From the sequence record ON210139.1: a stretch of 64,000 bases of DNA, one strand, 5' to 3'. The position numbers were made by a program, and so were the translations under genes. Below, one piece after another: positions 19,010 to 28,867 of the stretch. Source of the DNA: Escherichia phage EC128. Each line of letters opens with the position of its first letter. The first letter of the stretch is position 1. The notes below the pieces were generated by a model. That model was not told where the DNA came from and made no database searches. It saw only the letters and a list, made by a program, of their open reading frames with translations.

Positions 19010-19543
19010 CAATTGAAAAAGAAATTGAAGGATTGATTCATAAAACTAATAAAGACCTTTTGAACGAGAATGCTAATAAAGATTCTCGTGTTTTTCCAAC
19101 TCAACGGGACCTTATGGCTGGTATTGTGTCTAAACACATTGCCAAAAATATGGTCCCGTCTTTTATTATGAAAGCGCATGAAAGCGGAATTATCCATTTC
19201 CATGATATTGATTATTCCCCTGCTCTTCCATTTACTAATTGCTGTTTAGTAGATTTAAAAGGAATGCTTGAGAACGGATTTAAGCTCGGTAATGCACAGA
19301 TTGAAACTCCTAAATCAATTGGCGTTGCTACTGCAATTATGGCACAAATTACTGCACAGGTTGCTTCCCATCAATATGGCGGAACGACTTTTGCGAATGT
19401 AGATAAAGTACTTTCTCCTTATGTTAAACGCACCTATGCAAAACATATTGAAGATGCAGAAAAATGGCAAATCGCCGATGCGTTGAATTATGCTCAATCT
19501 AAAACAGAAAAAGACGTATACGATGCATTCCAAGCTTATGAGT
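19006..19543 (+). CDS. nrdD: anaerobic ribonucleotide reductase NrdD, exon 1
   Basis: ends at U of AUGAGU, which pairs with intron guide GCUCAU; exons sum to 605 aa. Confidence 0.85.
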
Positions 19544-19747
19544 TAACGTAAGTCAAGCTCATGTAAAATCTGCCTAAAACGGGAAACTCTCACTGAGACA
19601 ATCCGTTGCTAAATCAGCGGTAGCTGTAAATGCCCAACGACTATCCCTGATGAATGTAAGGGAGTAGGGTCAAGCGACCCGAAACGGCAGACAACTCTTA
19701 GAGTTGAAGATATAGTCTGAACTGCATGGCGACATGCAGCTGTTTAT

Positions 19748-19771
19748 CCTCGTATAAATACGAATACGAGG
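19748..19771 (+). promoter_or_regulatory. late promoter inside an SD-sequestering hairpin
   Basis: CCTCGTA-TAAATACGAA-TACGAGG; TATAAATA 19753-19760; SD GAGG in 3' arm. Confidence 0.55.
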
Positions 19772-19778
19772 TGAAACG

Positions 19779-20555
19779 ATGAAATGGAAATTAAGAAAAA
19801 GCTTAAAAATTGACAATTCTGTAGCATTTACCTATATGGTAAGATTTCCTGATAAGTCTTTTTATATAGGTTTTAAAAAATTCAAAACTATATATGGTAA
19901 AGATACAAATTGGAAAGAATACAATTCGTCATCTAAGCTTGTTAAAGAAAAGCTTAAAGATTATAAAGCTAAGTGGATAATTCTTCAAGTTTTTGATTCT
20001 TATGAATCGGCCCTTAAACATGAAGAAATGCTTATTAGGAAACATTTTAATAACGAATTTATTCTTAATAAATCTATAGGTGGATATAAATTTAACAAAT
20101 ATCCGGATTCAGAAGAACATAAGCAAAAACTTAGTAATGCCCATAAAGGTAAAATCTTATCTTTAAAACATAAAGATAAGATACGAGAGAAATTGATTGA
20201 GCATTATAAAAATAATAGTAGAAGTGAAGCTCATGTTAAAAATAATATTGGTAGTAGAACGGCTAAAAAGACTGTTTCTATAGCTTTAAAATCCGGAAAT
20301 AAATTTAGAAGTTTTAAATCAGCTGCAAAATTTCTTAAATGCTCTGAAGAACAGGTTAGTAATCATCCAAATGTTATAGATATAAAAATAACAATTCATC
20401 CCGTCCCAGAATATGTTAGAATAAATGACAATATCTATAAATCATTTGTGGATGCTGCTAAAGATTTAAAACTCCACCCAAGTCGTATTAAAGATTTGTG
20501 CTTAGATGACAATTATCCAAATTACATTGTTTCATATAAACGGGTAGAGAAGTAG
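19779..20555 (+). CDS. I-TevII: intron-encoded homing endonuclease I-TevII
   Basis: 258-aa ORF inside the intron; divergent GIY-YIG N-terminus. Confidence 0.75.
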   Translation: MKWKLRKSLKIDNSVAFTYMVRFPDKSFYIGFKKFKTIYGKDTNWKEYNSSSKLVKEKLKDYKAKWIILQVFDSYESALKHEEMLIRKHFNNEFILNKSIGGYKFNKYPDSEEHKQKLSNAHKGKILSLKHKDKIREKLIEHYKNNSRSEAHVKNNIGSRTAKKTVSIALKSGNKFRSFKSAAKFLKCSEEQVSNHPNVIDIKITIHPVPEYVRINDNIYKSFVDAAKDLKLHPSRIKDLCLDDNYPNYIVSYKRVEK

Positions 20556-20576
20556 CGAACTCTACTGAACACATTG

Positions 20577-21856
20577 ATGAAGTGAACACGTTATTCAGTT
20601 CAAACGGACAAACGCCTTTTGTAACAATTACATTTGGTACGGGAACTGACTGGACTGAACGAATGATTCAGAAAGCAATTTTGAAAAATCGTATTAAAGG
20701 TCTTGGTCGTGATGGGATAACTCCTATTTTCCCTAAGCTTGTTATGTTCGTTGAAGAAGGTGTTAATCTTTATAAAGACGATCCGAACTATGATATTAAG
20801 CAGCTTGCTCTAGAGTGTGCAAGCAAAAGGATGTATCCTGATATTATTTCAGCTAAGAACAATAAAGCTATCACTGGTTCATCTGTTCCTGTTTCTCCAA
20901 TGGGTTGCCGTAGTTTCTTGAGCGTATGGAAAGATTCGACTGGTAATGAAATTCTTGATGGACGTAATAATCTTGGTGTTGTAACACTGAATCTTCCTCG
21001 CATCGCGTTAGATTCTTATATTGGAACACAGTTCAATGAACAGAAATTTGTTGAATTATTCAATGAACGAATGGATTTGTGTTTTGAAGCATTGATGTGT
21101 AGAATTAGTTCCTTAAAAGGAGTTAAAGCTACTGTTGCTCCTATTCTTTACCAAGAAGGTGCATTCGGGGTTCGTCTTAAACCTGATGACGATATAATTG
21201 AGTTATTTAAAAGCGGTAGAAGTTCAGTGTCCCTAGGATACATTGGTATTCACGAATTGAATATTCTTGTTGGTCGTGATATTGGACAAGAAATTTTAAC
21301 TAAAATGAATACTCATCTTAAACAATGGACTGAAAGAACTGGTTTTGCTTTTAGTTTGTATTCTACTCCTGCTGAAAACCTGTGCTATCGCTTCTGTAAA
21401 CTTGATACCGAAAAATATGGAAGTGTAAAAGATGTTACCGATAAAGGCTGGTACACTAACAGTTTCCACGTTTCGGTAGAAGAAAATATTACTCCATTTG
21501 AAAAGATTTCTCGCGAAGCCCCATATCATTTCATTGCGACAGGTGGTCACATTTCTTATGTTGAACTTCCTGATATGAAAAATAACTTAAAAGGTCTTGA
21601 GGCCGTATGGGATTATGCTGCACAACATTTAGATTATTTTGGTGTTAACATGCCGGTAGATAAATGTTTTACATGCGGAAGTACCCATGAAATGACTCCT
21701 ACTGAAAACGGATTTGTTTGTTCTATTTGTGGAGAAACTGATCCTAAAAAGATGAACACCATAAGAAGAACATGCGGATATCTTGGAACTCCTAGCGTTG
21801 TTCCATGGAATTTAGGTAAAATGAAAGAAATGGTAAAACGAGTAAAACATGCATAG
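20577..21856 (+). CDS. nrdD: anaerobic ribonucleotide reductase NrdD, exon 2
   Basis: C-terminal glycyl-radical RRTCGYLG and Zn ribbon CFTCG...CSICG. Confidence 0.85.
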
Positions 21857-22679
21857 GTATTATATAATTTATAAAATAACAAATATAATTAATTCAAAGG
21901 AATATATCGGTGCGCATAGCACCGATAACATAAATGACGGTTATATGGGGTCAGGAACATTGATTCGTGCCGCTTTATTAAAATATGGTAGAAAAAATTT
22001 TAATAAAGAAATTTTACATGTTTTTGATAATGAAAAACAAATGTATGATAAAGAAGCTGAACTTGTAACCGAAGAGTATTGTCTAAAAGAAAATACATAT
22101 AATATTAAACCTGGTGGAAAAGGTGGAACTGCCTATGAACAGACACTTGAACATCGCCGCAAAAATAGTTTAGCAAATAAAGGTAAAAAGAGAACAGAAG
22201 AAACTAAAATAGCTATTTCACGTGCTTTAAAGAAATATAAACGTACGCCAGAGCATCAAGCAAATTTAAATAAAGCCGTAAGCATAGCTATGAAGCGAAA
22301 AGATGTTAGAAGTAAATTAGCTGGAGAGCGGTCTGAGAAAGATAAATTATCTATATCAAACGGTGTTAAAAAATATTACAATTCTTTGAGTGAAGAAGAA
22401 CGCGAACTTCATCGCAAGCGAATTATTGAAGGTAAAAAGAATTCTCCCATGTCATTGGAATCTAGACAAAAGCTTTCAAAAGCTTTAAAAGGACTTCAAG
22501 TTGGTTCAAAAAATCCAATGTATGGAAAAATTTCTCCAACTAGCAAAACCGTTTCAGTTGACGGTATTAAATATGATTCAATTAAAAAGTGCTCAAATGC
22601 CATAAAAGTTTCTAGACATCTTATACTAAAACGCTGTAATTCTACTGATGAAGCTTGGAAAAATTGGATATTATTATGA
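21849..22679 (+). CDS. free-standing GIY-YIG-like homing endonuclease (possibly mobC by position)
   Basis: YYIIYKITN...KEYIGAH, NUMOD repeats, C-terminal H-T-H-like. Confidence 0.65.
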   Translation: MHRYYIIYKITNIINSKEYIGAHSTDNINDGYMGSGTLIRAALLKYGRKNFNKEILHVFDNEKQMYDKEAELVTEEYCLKENTYNIKPGGKGGTAYEQTLEHRRKNSLANKGKKRTEETKIAISRALKKYKRTPEHQANLNKAVSIAMKRKDVRSKLAGERSEKDKLSISNGVKKYYNSLSEEERELHRKRIIEGKKNSPMSLESRQKLSKALKGLQVGSKNPMYGKISPTSKTVSVDGIKYDSIKKCSNAIKVSRHLILKRCNSTDEAWKNWILL

Positions 22680-23146
22680 ATTATGACAGAATATACCCGT
22701 GCTGCTTTGTGAATGGCCCTGGATGCAGGGTCGTTCTTTTCGTTACAGGTTGTTTGCATAAATGTGAAGGGTGTTATAATAAATCAACATGGAATGCTAG
22801 AAATGGTGTTCCATTCACTGGTGAAACACTAGAACAATTAATTGAATGTTTGAATAATGATTATATAGAAGGATTGACTATAACCGGAGGTGACCCTCTT
22901 TATCCTGATAACAGAGACGTGATTCACTCTGTGGTTCAAACTATTAAAAATCTTTATCCCAATAAAAGCATTTGGTTGTGGACAGGATATAAGTTTGAAG
23001 ATATTAAACAACTAGAAATGCTTAAATATGTTGATGTTATTATTGATGGGAAGTATGAGAAAAATCTTCCGACTAAAAAGCTGTGGCGAGGATCAGATAA
23101 TCAGCGACTTTGGTCAAATACCGATGGGGTGTGGACACATGATTAA
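22676..23146 (+). CDS. nrdG: anaerobic RNR activase NrdG (radical SAM)
   Basis: cysteine cluster GCLHKCEGC; 156 aa. Confidence 0.85.
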   Translation: MNYDRIYPCCFVNGPGCRVVLFVTGCLHKCEGCYNKSTWNARNGVPFTGETLEQLIECLNNDYIEGLTITGGDPLYPDNRDVIHSVVQTIKNLYPNKSIWLWTGYKFEDIKQLEMLKYVDVIIDGKYEKNLPTKKLWRGSDNQRLWSNTDGVWTHD

Positions 23147-23261
23147 ATTGAATTACATTATGGATACTATAAATGATATGATTTTTCATTTTGGTCCAGA
23201 ATTTTATTCGCAATATAGTTTAGTGCTTATCAATGCTTGGTTAATCAATTAAGGGTAAAAT

Positions 23262-23477
23262 ATGTATAAATTTCGTAAAGGTTTAGCTGATTTTCTTACA
23301 ACTGTAACATTCTTTCTGTTTATGGCAGTTGGAGCTATTTTCCTTATTCCTTTTATTGCTATATTTTTCGTGATTAGTTTAATTTCTCCAGAAAAGGGCT
23401 TATCTTCTAGTGAGTTCAATGAGCGTCTGGATAAAATTACTAACAAGCTGAATGCGGTTCTTGATAAAAAGGATTAA
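23262..23477 (+). CDS. small membrane protein
   Basis: 71 aa, central hydrophobic segment. Confidence 0.5.
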   Translation: MYKFRKGLADFLTTVTFFLFMAVGAIFLIPFIAIFFVISLISPEKGLSSSEFNERLDKITNKLNAVLDKKD

Positions 23478-23479
23478 TT

Positions 23480-23791
23480 ATGATTAGTTTTGAGCGGTAT
23501 GTAGTAGAGAGTTGGAAGGGTTTTGATATGTTCGGTAATGACTATTATTTTTACGAATGTAGTCTAAATCCTAGTTTTTGGGCTGGACGTGAACGAGATC
23601 TCGAAGAAATTAATGCTCGTGCCGAATTGTTAGGTGAACTGCCTACGGTTTATTTTACCTTTGATGCATCTGGATTTGTTATCCAGGTTTATTTTCCTGA
23701 AGAAAACTCTGGCGAGAATTCTGTTAATCCTCCTTATTGGGCTTACCAAGGAATTATTTCTCGTGGAACAAAACTCGAACTTAAAGAATAA
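23480..23791 (+). CDS. hypothetical protein
   Basis: 103-aa ORF. Confidence 0.5.
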   Translation: MISFERYVVESWKGFDMFGNDYYFYECSLNPSFWAGRERDLEEINARAELLGELPTVYFTFDASGFVIQVYFPEENSGENSVNPPYWAYQGIISRGTKLELKE

Positions 23792-24086
23792 GATTGAAGT
23801 CTATGGAATTCCAGATGAAGTAGGTCGTTGTCCTGGATGTCAATCAGTTACAAAACTTCTAAAGGAGCTCAATGCTCCTTTTACTTTCTATAAAGTTCTT
23901 ACAAATAATGGTAAGATTGAGTATGATCGTCCGCTGATTGTATCTCTTGCTAAACGCGCTGGATTCACATCTCTTAACATTCGTTATCCAGTCATTTTCA
24001 TTAATGATTCTAGACAAAAGAACATTAAACACTTCAAAGAAACTCTCATTTCACTTGGATATGATAGAGATATCATAGAAGATTAA
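23763..24086 (+). CDS. nrdH: glutaredoxin-like NrdH (start uncertain, GTG 23763 or ATT 23793)
   Basis: CPGC motif; no in-frame ATG near N-terminus; SD AAGGA before GTG. Confidence 0.55.
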   Translation: MEQNSNLKNKIEVYGIPDEVGRCPGCQSVTKLLKELNAPFTFYKVLTNNGKIEYDRPLIVSLAKRAGFTSLNIRYPVIFINDSRQKNIKHFKETLISLGYDRDIIED

Positions 24087-24089
24087 GAC

Positions 24090-24110
24090 GGGCCCTCTGG
24101 GCCTTTCTTT
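24090..24110 (+). terminator. putative rho-independent terminator
   Basis: GGGCCC-TCT-GGGCC then TTTCTTT. Confidence 0.4.
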
Positions 24111-24184
24111 CTCACATTCTGTATATTACCATTCTAAGCTATCGTTCCTTTCTTATCATTCCCTAAAATATTTTTCACAAAGTT

Positions 24185-24214
24185 GTTTACAACAAGTTCA
24201 AACTATGGTATTAT
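24185..24214 (+). promoter_or_regulatory. early promoter
   Basis: GTTTAC 24185-24190, TGGTATTAT -10. Confidence 0.5.
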
Positions 24215-24244
24215 TAACATATGAATTACCTTTGAGGAATTGAT

Positions 24245-24421
24245 ATGGTTGATAAAGAGATTAAAATTGACCAGTATTATCGTGTTAACGGACATATCGT
24301 TATTGTTACAGCAGTCGATGATCTAGATGTTCATTATACTGTGATTAAATGGAACAAACGTATGATTTGTGATCGTGCTGTATTTAGTTCAGTTGCTAAG
24401 GAAATTAAACTCCATGGGTAA
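24245..24421 (+). CDS. hypothetical small protein (58 aa)
   Basis: SD GAGGAA then ATG; hand-translated. Confidence 0.4.
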   Translation: MVDKEIKIDQYYRVNGHIVIVTAVDDLDVHYTVIKWNKRMICDRAVFSSVAKEIKLHG

Positions 24422-24707
24422 AACGTATCGTCGTAAAGACTTGAAAGTTCGTGATTATGACTATTTCGGAAAGCGTAAAGCTCCTGATGGTGTAAGTCAT
24501 AAAGATATGGTTGAAAACATTTTTCGCTCAGATAAATGGCGTAGAATGAAAGGTATTGATTCAGAAGTTAAAGATGAGTTAAATCGTCAATTACGCGGTG
24601 AAGTAAGAAAGTTGAAAAAATCAGTTTACATTGACGATGATTTTGATTATAATACTTCTCAACGAGTTGCTAAACGTAAATCAAACGAGTGTTATCGTTA
24701 CAGCTGA
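24414..24707 (+). CDS. hypothetical basic protein
   Basis: start trimmed to ATG 24414. Confidence 0.5.
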   Translation: MGKTYRRKDLKVRDYDYFGKRKAPDGVSHKDMVENIFRSDKWRRMKGIDSEVKDELNRQLRGEVRKLKKSVYIDDDFDYNTSQRVAKRKSNECYRYS

Positions 24708-24714
24708 GGAAAAT

Positions 24715-24846
24715 ATGAATATCAAACGCATGCTTTTTAAACAAGGGTTATACACTTTAAATGTTACTCCAAAAGGCGATACAACTAAGTGGTCAGTAAA
24801 TGACTGGATTAAATTTATTGATGAAAATGGCAATTGGGAAATTTAA
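24715..24846 (+). CDS. hypothetical small protein (43 aa)
   Basis: SD GAGGAAAATATG. Confidence 0.35.
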   Translation: MNIKRMLFKQGLYTLNVTPKGDTTKWSVNDWIKFIDENGNWEI

Positions 24847-25047
24847 ATGAATCCTGAATCTAAATTATCGCAGCGAATTGCTGAAGAACGCGCCAAATTT
24901 TTCCAGAACATGAAACACAATGGTATTGAGGATGAAGTTTTTCTAAATTGGTTCTGGAATAATAAGTATGCAGCATGTGAAGGAGCTTTGTCATTGTCAG
25001 TCGCAATGATGTATGAAGGCTGGAAGGGTGCCAAAAAGTTTAGCTAA
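24847..25047 (+). CDS. hypothetical protein
   Basis: 66-aa ORF, TAAATG junction. Confidence 0.5.
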   Translation: MNPESKLSQRIAEERAKFFQNMKHNGIEDEVFLNWFWNNKYAACEGALSLSVAMMYEGWKGAKKFS

Positions 25048-25065
25048 GGGCTTCGGCCCTTTTTG
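25047..25065 (+). terminator. rho-independent terminator (UUCG tetraloop)
   Basis: GGGC-TTCG-GCCC then TTTTT. Confidence 0.6.
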
Positions 25066-25099
25066 GATAATAAAATTTTAACGTAATTGAGGATAATGT

Positions 25100-25426
25100 A
25101 TGACTATTCAAATTAAAAACGCCATCAATTCTTACGCATATGATAAAGTAGTTTCTTTGCTAGAAAAAGGCGATATTGTAACTCCTCAAATTTTGGATAA
25201 ATGGGAAAAAGAGCTTCATCAGACGATGAAACAGAATGATCAGAAGATTGGACGTAATACTGTCCGTGAATTGCTGGTTCAATATATCTTGTCAGAATTT
25301 GATGTTAAAGCTTTTGGTGTAGAATCTAAAGCTTATCAAAAGCATGAAATTTCCGATAAGACTATTCGTCGCATGAAAAATCAACGCAAGAAAAAATTTG
25401 CAGACCTGAAAATTACTAAGGTATAA
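25100..25426 (+). CDS. hypothetical protein
   Basis: 108-aa ORF with SD GAGGATAATG. Confidence 0.55.
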   Translation: MTIQIKNAINSYAYDKVVSLLEKGDIVTPQILDKWEKELHQTMKQNDQKIGRNTVRELLVQYILSEFDVKAFGVESKAYQKHEISDKTIRRMKNQRKKKFADLKITKV

Positions 25427-25428
25427 TT

Positions 25429-25644
25429 ATGAACGAAGCTCTTATTAACGATTTGCGTCTTGCTGGATATGAAGTAAATACAAATGGCATTGGTTTAACT
25501 CAAATTGAAGGAAATGGATTCATCCTTGAGTATGAATTTAGCCAATGGTGGTTATACGCTAATTACGGCGAATTGATTGAATACGTTGACCAATTTGATT
25601 CACTAGATGCAGCTCTCGAAGCGGCTAAGTTGATGAATGTATGA
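25429..25644 (+). CDS. hypothetical acidic protein
   Basis: 71-aa ORF. Confidence 0.5.
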   Translation: MNEALINDLRLAGYEVNTNGIGLTQIEGNGFILEYEFSQWWLYANYGELIEYVDQFDSLDAALEAAKLMNV

Positions 25645-25910
25645 AATTTATTAATATTTCTATTACTATTGAAAATTATGGCATTTTCTATGTTGACCAA
25701 TACATGAAAATTTCATTTTTCCCAAATAAGACTGGTGTTGGATATTGGGAAAGTCATGTTTCTGAATTAAATGAAAGTGAATATGCTAGCACACATGAAA
25801 AGTTTTTAGACTTTTTATATCATGCTGATTTAACTAGTCATTATATAGATATTCATGAATTTAAAAAGATGATGGAGAAAGTGTTCCAAGCATACTGTTT
25901 ACTTAGATAA
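25641..25910 (+). CDS. hypothetical protein
   Basis: 89-aa ORF, ATGA overlap. Confidence 0.5.
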   Translation: MKFINISITIENYGIFYVDQYMKISFFPNKTGVGYWESHVSELNESEYASTHEKFLDFLYHADLTSHYIDIHEFKKMMEKVFQAYCLLR

Positions 25911-25926
25911 CTGATTCATCCTCTAT

Positions 25927-25953
25927 GCTTTAAGATAGATCTTCAAATATTAT
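25927..25953 (+). promoter_or_regulatory. middle promoter (MotA box + -10)
   Basis: TGCTTTA 25927-25933, TATTAT 14 nt downstream. Confidence 0.45.
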
Positions 25954-25990
25954 GATATAATAGATCTATGAATTGAGCTAAGAGGTGAAA

Positions 25991-26548
25991 ATGTCAGAAA
26001 CTAAGCCTAAATATAATTACGTAAACAATAAAGAGCTTTTACAAGCTATTATTGATTGGAAAACAGAATTAGCAAATAATAAAGACCCAAATAAAGTAGT
26101 TCGTCAGAATGATACTATCGGATTAGCCATTATGCTTATTGCAGAAGGCTTATCTAAACGTTTCAACTTTTCAGGATACACCCAGTCTTGGAAACAAGAA
26201 ATGATTGCAGATGGTGTAGAAGCTTCTATTAAGGGGCTTCACAATTTTGATGAAACGAAATATAAAAACCCACATGCGTATATAACTCAAGCTTGTTTTA
26301 ATGCATTCGTCCAACGTATTAAAAAAGAACGTAAGGAAGTTGCAAAGAAATATAGTTACTTCGTTCACAATGTCTATGACAGCCGTGACGACGATATGGT
26401 TGCGTTAGTAGATGAAACTTTTATTCAAGACATCTACGATAAAATGACGCATTACGAAGAATCAACCTATAGAACACCGGGGGCTGAAAAGAAAAGTGTT
26501 GTAGACGATTCTCCTAGTTTGGATTTTTTATATGAGGCTAACGATTAA
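25991..26548 (+). CDS. 55: late-transcription sigma factor gp55
   Basis: 185 aa from ATG 25991, N-terminus [17 protein letters not shown]. Confidence 0.9.
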   Translation: MSETKPKYNYVNNKELLQAIIDWKTELANNKDPNKVVRQNDTIGLAIMLIAEGLSKRFNFSGYTQSWKQEMIADGVEASIKGLHNFDETKYKNPHAYITQACFNAFVQRIKKERKEVAKKYSYFVHNVYDSRDDDMVALVDETFIQDIYDKMTHYEESTYRTPGAEKKSVVDDSPSLDFLYEAND

Positions 26549-26750
26549 CCTCTCCGGATTCTTGGAAGAAATACCTGAAGTTGAAGCTATTCCCTATTTA
26601 CTTAAAATGTATCTCAGGGAAGTTTTAGCTCTTGACATTGATATTGATCCAGAAAATCCGTATGATACCGCTTTTAAATCTAATGGTGTAGAATTAAACT
26701 ATCGGTATCATTTAACAGATGATGATTTTTATTTTATATTAGAGAAATAA
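26532..26750 (+). CDS. hypothetical protein
   Basis: 72-aa ORF. Confidence 0.5.
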   Translation: MRLTINLSGFLEEIPEVEAIPYLLKMYLREVLALDIDIDPENPYDTAFKSNGVELNYRYHLTDDDFYFILEK

Positions 26751-26751
26751 T

Positions 26752-27069
26752 ATGACTGATAAACCCGAAATTAATGATGAAGTGGAAAAGCTTATTTCTT
26801 CTATTGAAGAAAAGAACCGTCTTGAAGCAGAAAGAAAAGCAAATAAGTTATTGTCTAAAAACAAACGCGAACTGAATCGTCTTTATAAGCACGCTCAGAT
26901 TGCAGCTGAAAATAATAATTTTGCTCAATACGAATATGCTATCAAGAAAAGTCGGGATATTCTGAAACAGCCATATAACGATGAACTCATCAGTATTCTT
27001 TGGAAGACTACTAGATCGCAGATTGAGGATATGATTGATGCTTACACACGTAAAATTCAAGCGTCTTAA
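26752..27069 (+). CDS. hypothetical protein
   Basis: 105-aa ORF. Confidence 0.5.
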   Translation: MTDKPEINDEVEKLISSIEEKNRLEAERKANKLLSKNKRELNRLYKHAQIAAENNNFAQYEYAIKKSRDILKQPYNDELISILWKTTRSQIEDMIDAYTRKIQAS

Positions 27070-27241
27070 AATTAATGCAGGATTTACTGAATCTTTGAAT
27101 GGTCATCTTTGTGTGAAAATTTCTGAAAAAGAATACCATGATAGTTCAATTAAAGAAGTTAATCCTCCTATTGTAAGAGCAGACCCTAATATGAAAGTGT
27201 GGGTTGATTCTTATCAAGTCAAAAAATGGTGGCAGTTATGA
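27035..27241 (+). CDS. hypothetical protein
   Basis: 68-aa ORF. Confidence 0.4.
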   Translation: MMLTHVKFKRLKINAGFTESLNGHLCVKISEKEYHDSSIKEVNPPIVRADPNMKVWVDSYQVKKWWQL

Positions 27242-27244
27242 AAG

Positions 27245-27418
27245 ATGAACATCCAGACTTCTGAAATAGATTATAATAAAATTCGTTCCTCTAAAGAGGA
27301 AATGATGAGACGCTTTAAAGAGTCTCATGATAAAGCTAAAGCAGAAGGAACTATAACATATAAGCGCATAAAATTTAAAAGTTCTAATGAGCCTCTGTAT
27401 GGCGTATTATGTGGATAG
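27245..27418 (+). CDS. hypothetical small protein (57 aa)
   Basis: hand-translated; ends in hairpin TAGGAGC-TTCG-GCTCCTA. Confidence 0.35.
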   Translation: MNIQTSEIDYNKIRSSKEEMMRRFKESHDKAKAEGTITYKRIKFKSSNEPLYGVLCG

Positions 27419-27436
27419 GAGCTTCGGCTCCTATAT

Positions 27437-27460
27437 TGCTTTATAAAATTTTGGTAAAAT
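27437..27460 (+). promoter_or_regulatory. middle promoter candidate
   Basis: TGCTTTA 27437-27443, TAAAAT 12 nt downstream. Confidence 0.4.
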
Positions 27461-27484
27461 AAACCAAAACAAAGAGGATATTAA

Positions 27485-28687
27485 ATGAAAGTATGTATTT
27501 TTATGGCTCGAGGTCTTGAAGGTTGTGGTGTAACTAAATTTTCTCTTGAGCAACGTGATTGGTTTATTAAAAATGGTCATGAAGTAACTTTGGTTTATGC
27601 TAAAGATAAATCATTTACTCGTACAAGTTCTCATGACCACAAATCATTTTCAATTCCAGTTATTTTAGCTAAAGAATACGATAAAGCACTTAAGCTGGTA
27701 AATGATTGTGATATTCTAATTATTAATTCTGTTCCTGCTACTTCCGTTCAAGAAGCCACGATTAATAACTATAAAAAACTTTTAGATAATATTAAACCTT
27801 CTATTCGTGTTGTAGTTTATCAGCATGATCATTCTGTTCTTTCTTTGCGTCGAAATTTGGGATTAGAAGAAACTGTTCGTCGAGCTGATGTTATTTTTAG
27901 CCATTCTGATAATGGTGATTTTAATAAAGTTCTGATGAAAGAATGGTATCCAGAAACTGTTTCTCTGTTTGATGATATTGAAGAAGCACCAACAGTATAT
28001 AACTTTCAGCCTCCTATGGATATTGCGAAGGTTCGGTCAACTTATTGGAAAGATGTTTCTGAAATTAACATGAACATCAACCGTTGGATTGGTCGTACGA
28101 CTACATGGAAAGGTTTTTATCAGATGTTTGATTTTCATGAAAAATTCTTAAAACCTGCTGGTAAATCCACTGTAATGGAAGGTCTTGAACGTTCCCCTGC
28201 TTTTATTGCAATTAAGGAAAAAGGTATTCCGTATGAATATTATGGTAATCGTGAGATTGATAAAATGAATCTCACGCCGAATCAACCGGCACAAATCCTA
28301 GATTGTTATATTAATAGTGAAATGCTTGAACGAATGAGTAAATCTGGCTTTGGATATCAGTTGAGTAAACTTAACCAGAAATACTTACAACGCTCACTCG
28401 AATATACTCATCTTGAATTAGGTGCTTGCGGTACAATTCCTGTTTTCTGGAAATCAACGGGTGATAATTTAAAATTCCGTGTTGATAATACTCCTTTGAC
28501 CTCACATGATAGCGGTATCATTTGGTTTGATGAAAATGACATGGAATCAACATTCGAGCGTATTAAAGAATTGTCATCTGACCGAGCTCTTTATGACCGT
28601 GAGCGAGAAAAAGCATATGAATTTTTGTATCAGCACCAAGATTCAAGCTTCTGTTTTAAAGAACAGTTTGACATTATTACAAAATAA
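27485..28687 (+). CDS. a-gt: DNA alpha-glucosyltransferase
   Basis: 400 aa; N-terminus IFMARGLEGCGVTKF. Confidence 0.9.
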   Translation: MKVCIFMARGLEGCGVTKFSLEQRDWFIKNGHEVTLVYAKDKSFTRTSSHDHKSFSIPVILAKEYDKALKLVNDCDILIINSVPATSVQEATINNYKKLLDNIKPSIRVVVYQHDHSVLSLRRNLGLEETVRRADVIFSHSDNGDFNKVLMKEWYPETVSLFDDIEEAPTVYNFQPPMDIAKVRSTYWKDVSEINMNINRWIGRTTTWKGFYQMFDFHEKFLKPAGKSTVMEGLERSPAFIAIKEKGIPYEYYGNREIDKMNLTPNQPAQILDCYINSEMLERMSKSGFGYQLSKLNQKYLQRSLEYTHLELGACGTIPVFWKSTGDNLKFRVDNTPLTSHDSGIIWFDENDMESTFERIKELSSDRALYDREREKAYEFLYQHQDSSFCFKEQFDIITK

Positions 28688-28688
28688 A

Positions 28689-28703
28689 GGGCTTCGGCCC
28701 TTT
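28689..28703 (+). terminator. UUCG-tetraloop terminator/stability hairpin
   Basis: GGGC-TTCG-GCCC then TTT. Confidence 0.55.
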
Positions 28704-28726
28704 AGCTTTATGCGGAGTTTGATATA

Positions 28727-28867
28727 ATGATATTTCTTGGATATGTGATACTTTTTCTCGCGCTTTATCTTTTCACTAGAGCATGTTGGATTGGGTTCTT
28801 TAGCACACCAGATGGGTTTATTTCAATAATTTTATTTTGCATTTCAATGACGGTTCTTGATATATGA
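28727..28867 (+). CDS. small hydrophobic membrane peptide (46 aa)
   Basis: hand-translated; ATGA overlap with gene 47. Confidence 0.35.
   Translation: MIFLGYVILFLALYLFTRACWIGFFSTPDGFISIILFCISMTVLDI

Larger units (their letters stand above)
19544..20576 (+). mobile_element. group I self-splicing intron in nrdD (1033 nt) carrying I-TevII
   Basis: P1 pairing at 5' splice site, terminal G at 20576, in-frame exon junction. Confidence 0.8.

Noticed and set aside
19006-21856. nrdD read as a disrupted pseudogene or two genes
   Set aside because: The interruption has a group I intron P1 pairing, terminal G, and in-frame exon junction giving 605 aa.
23028-23252. 74-aa ORF overlapping the 3' end of nrdG, and the 150-aa extension at 23634
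   Set aside because: They overlap better-supported genes in other frames; at most a 37-aa peptide from ATG 23141 could be real, left unannotated.
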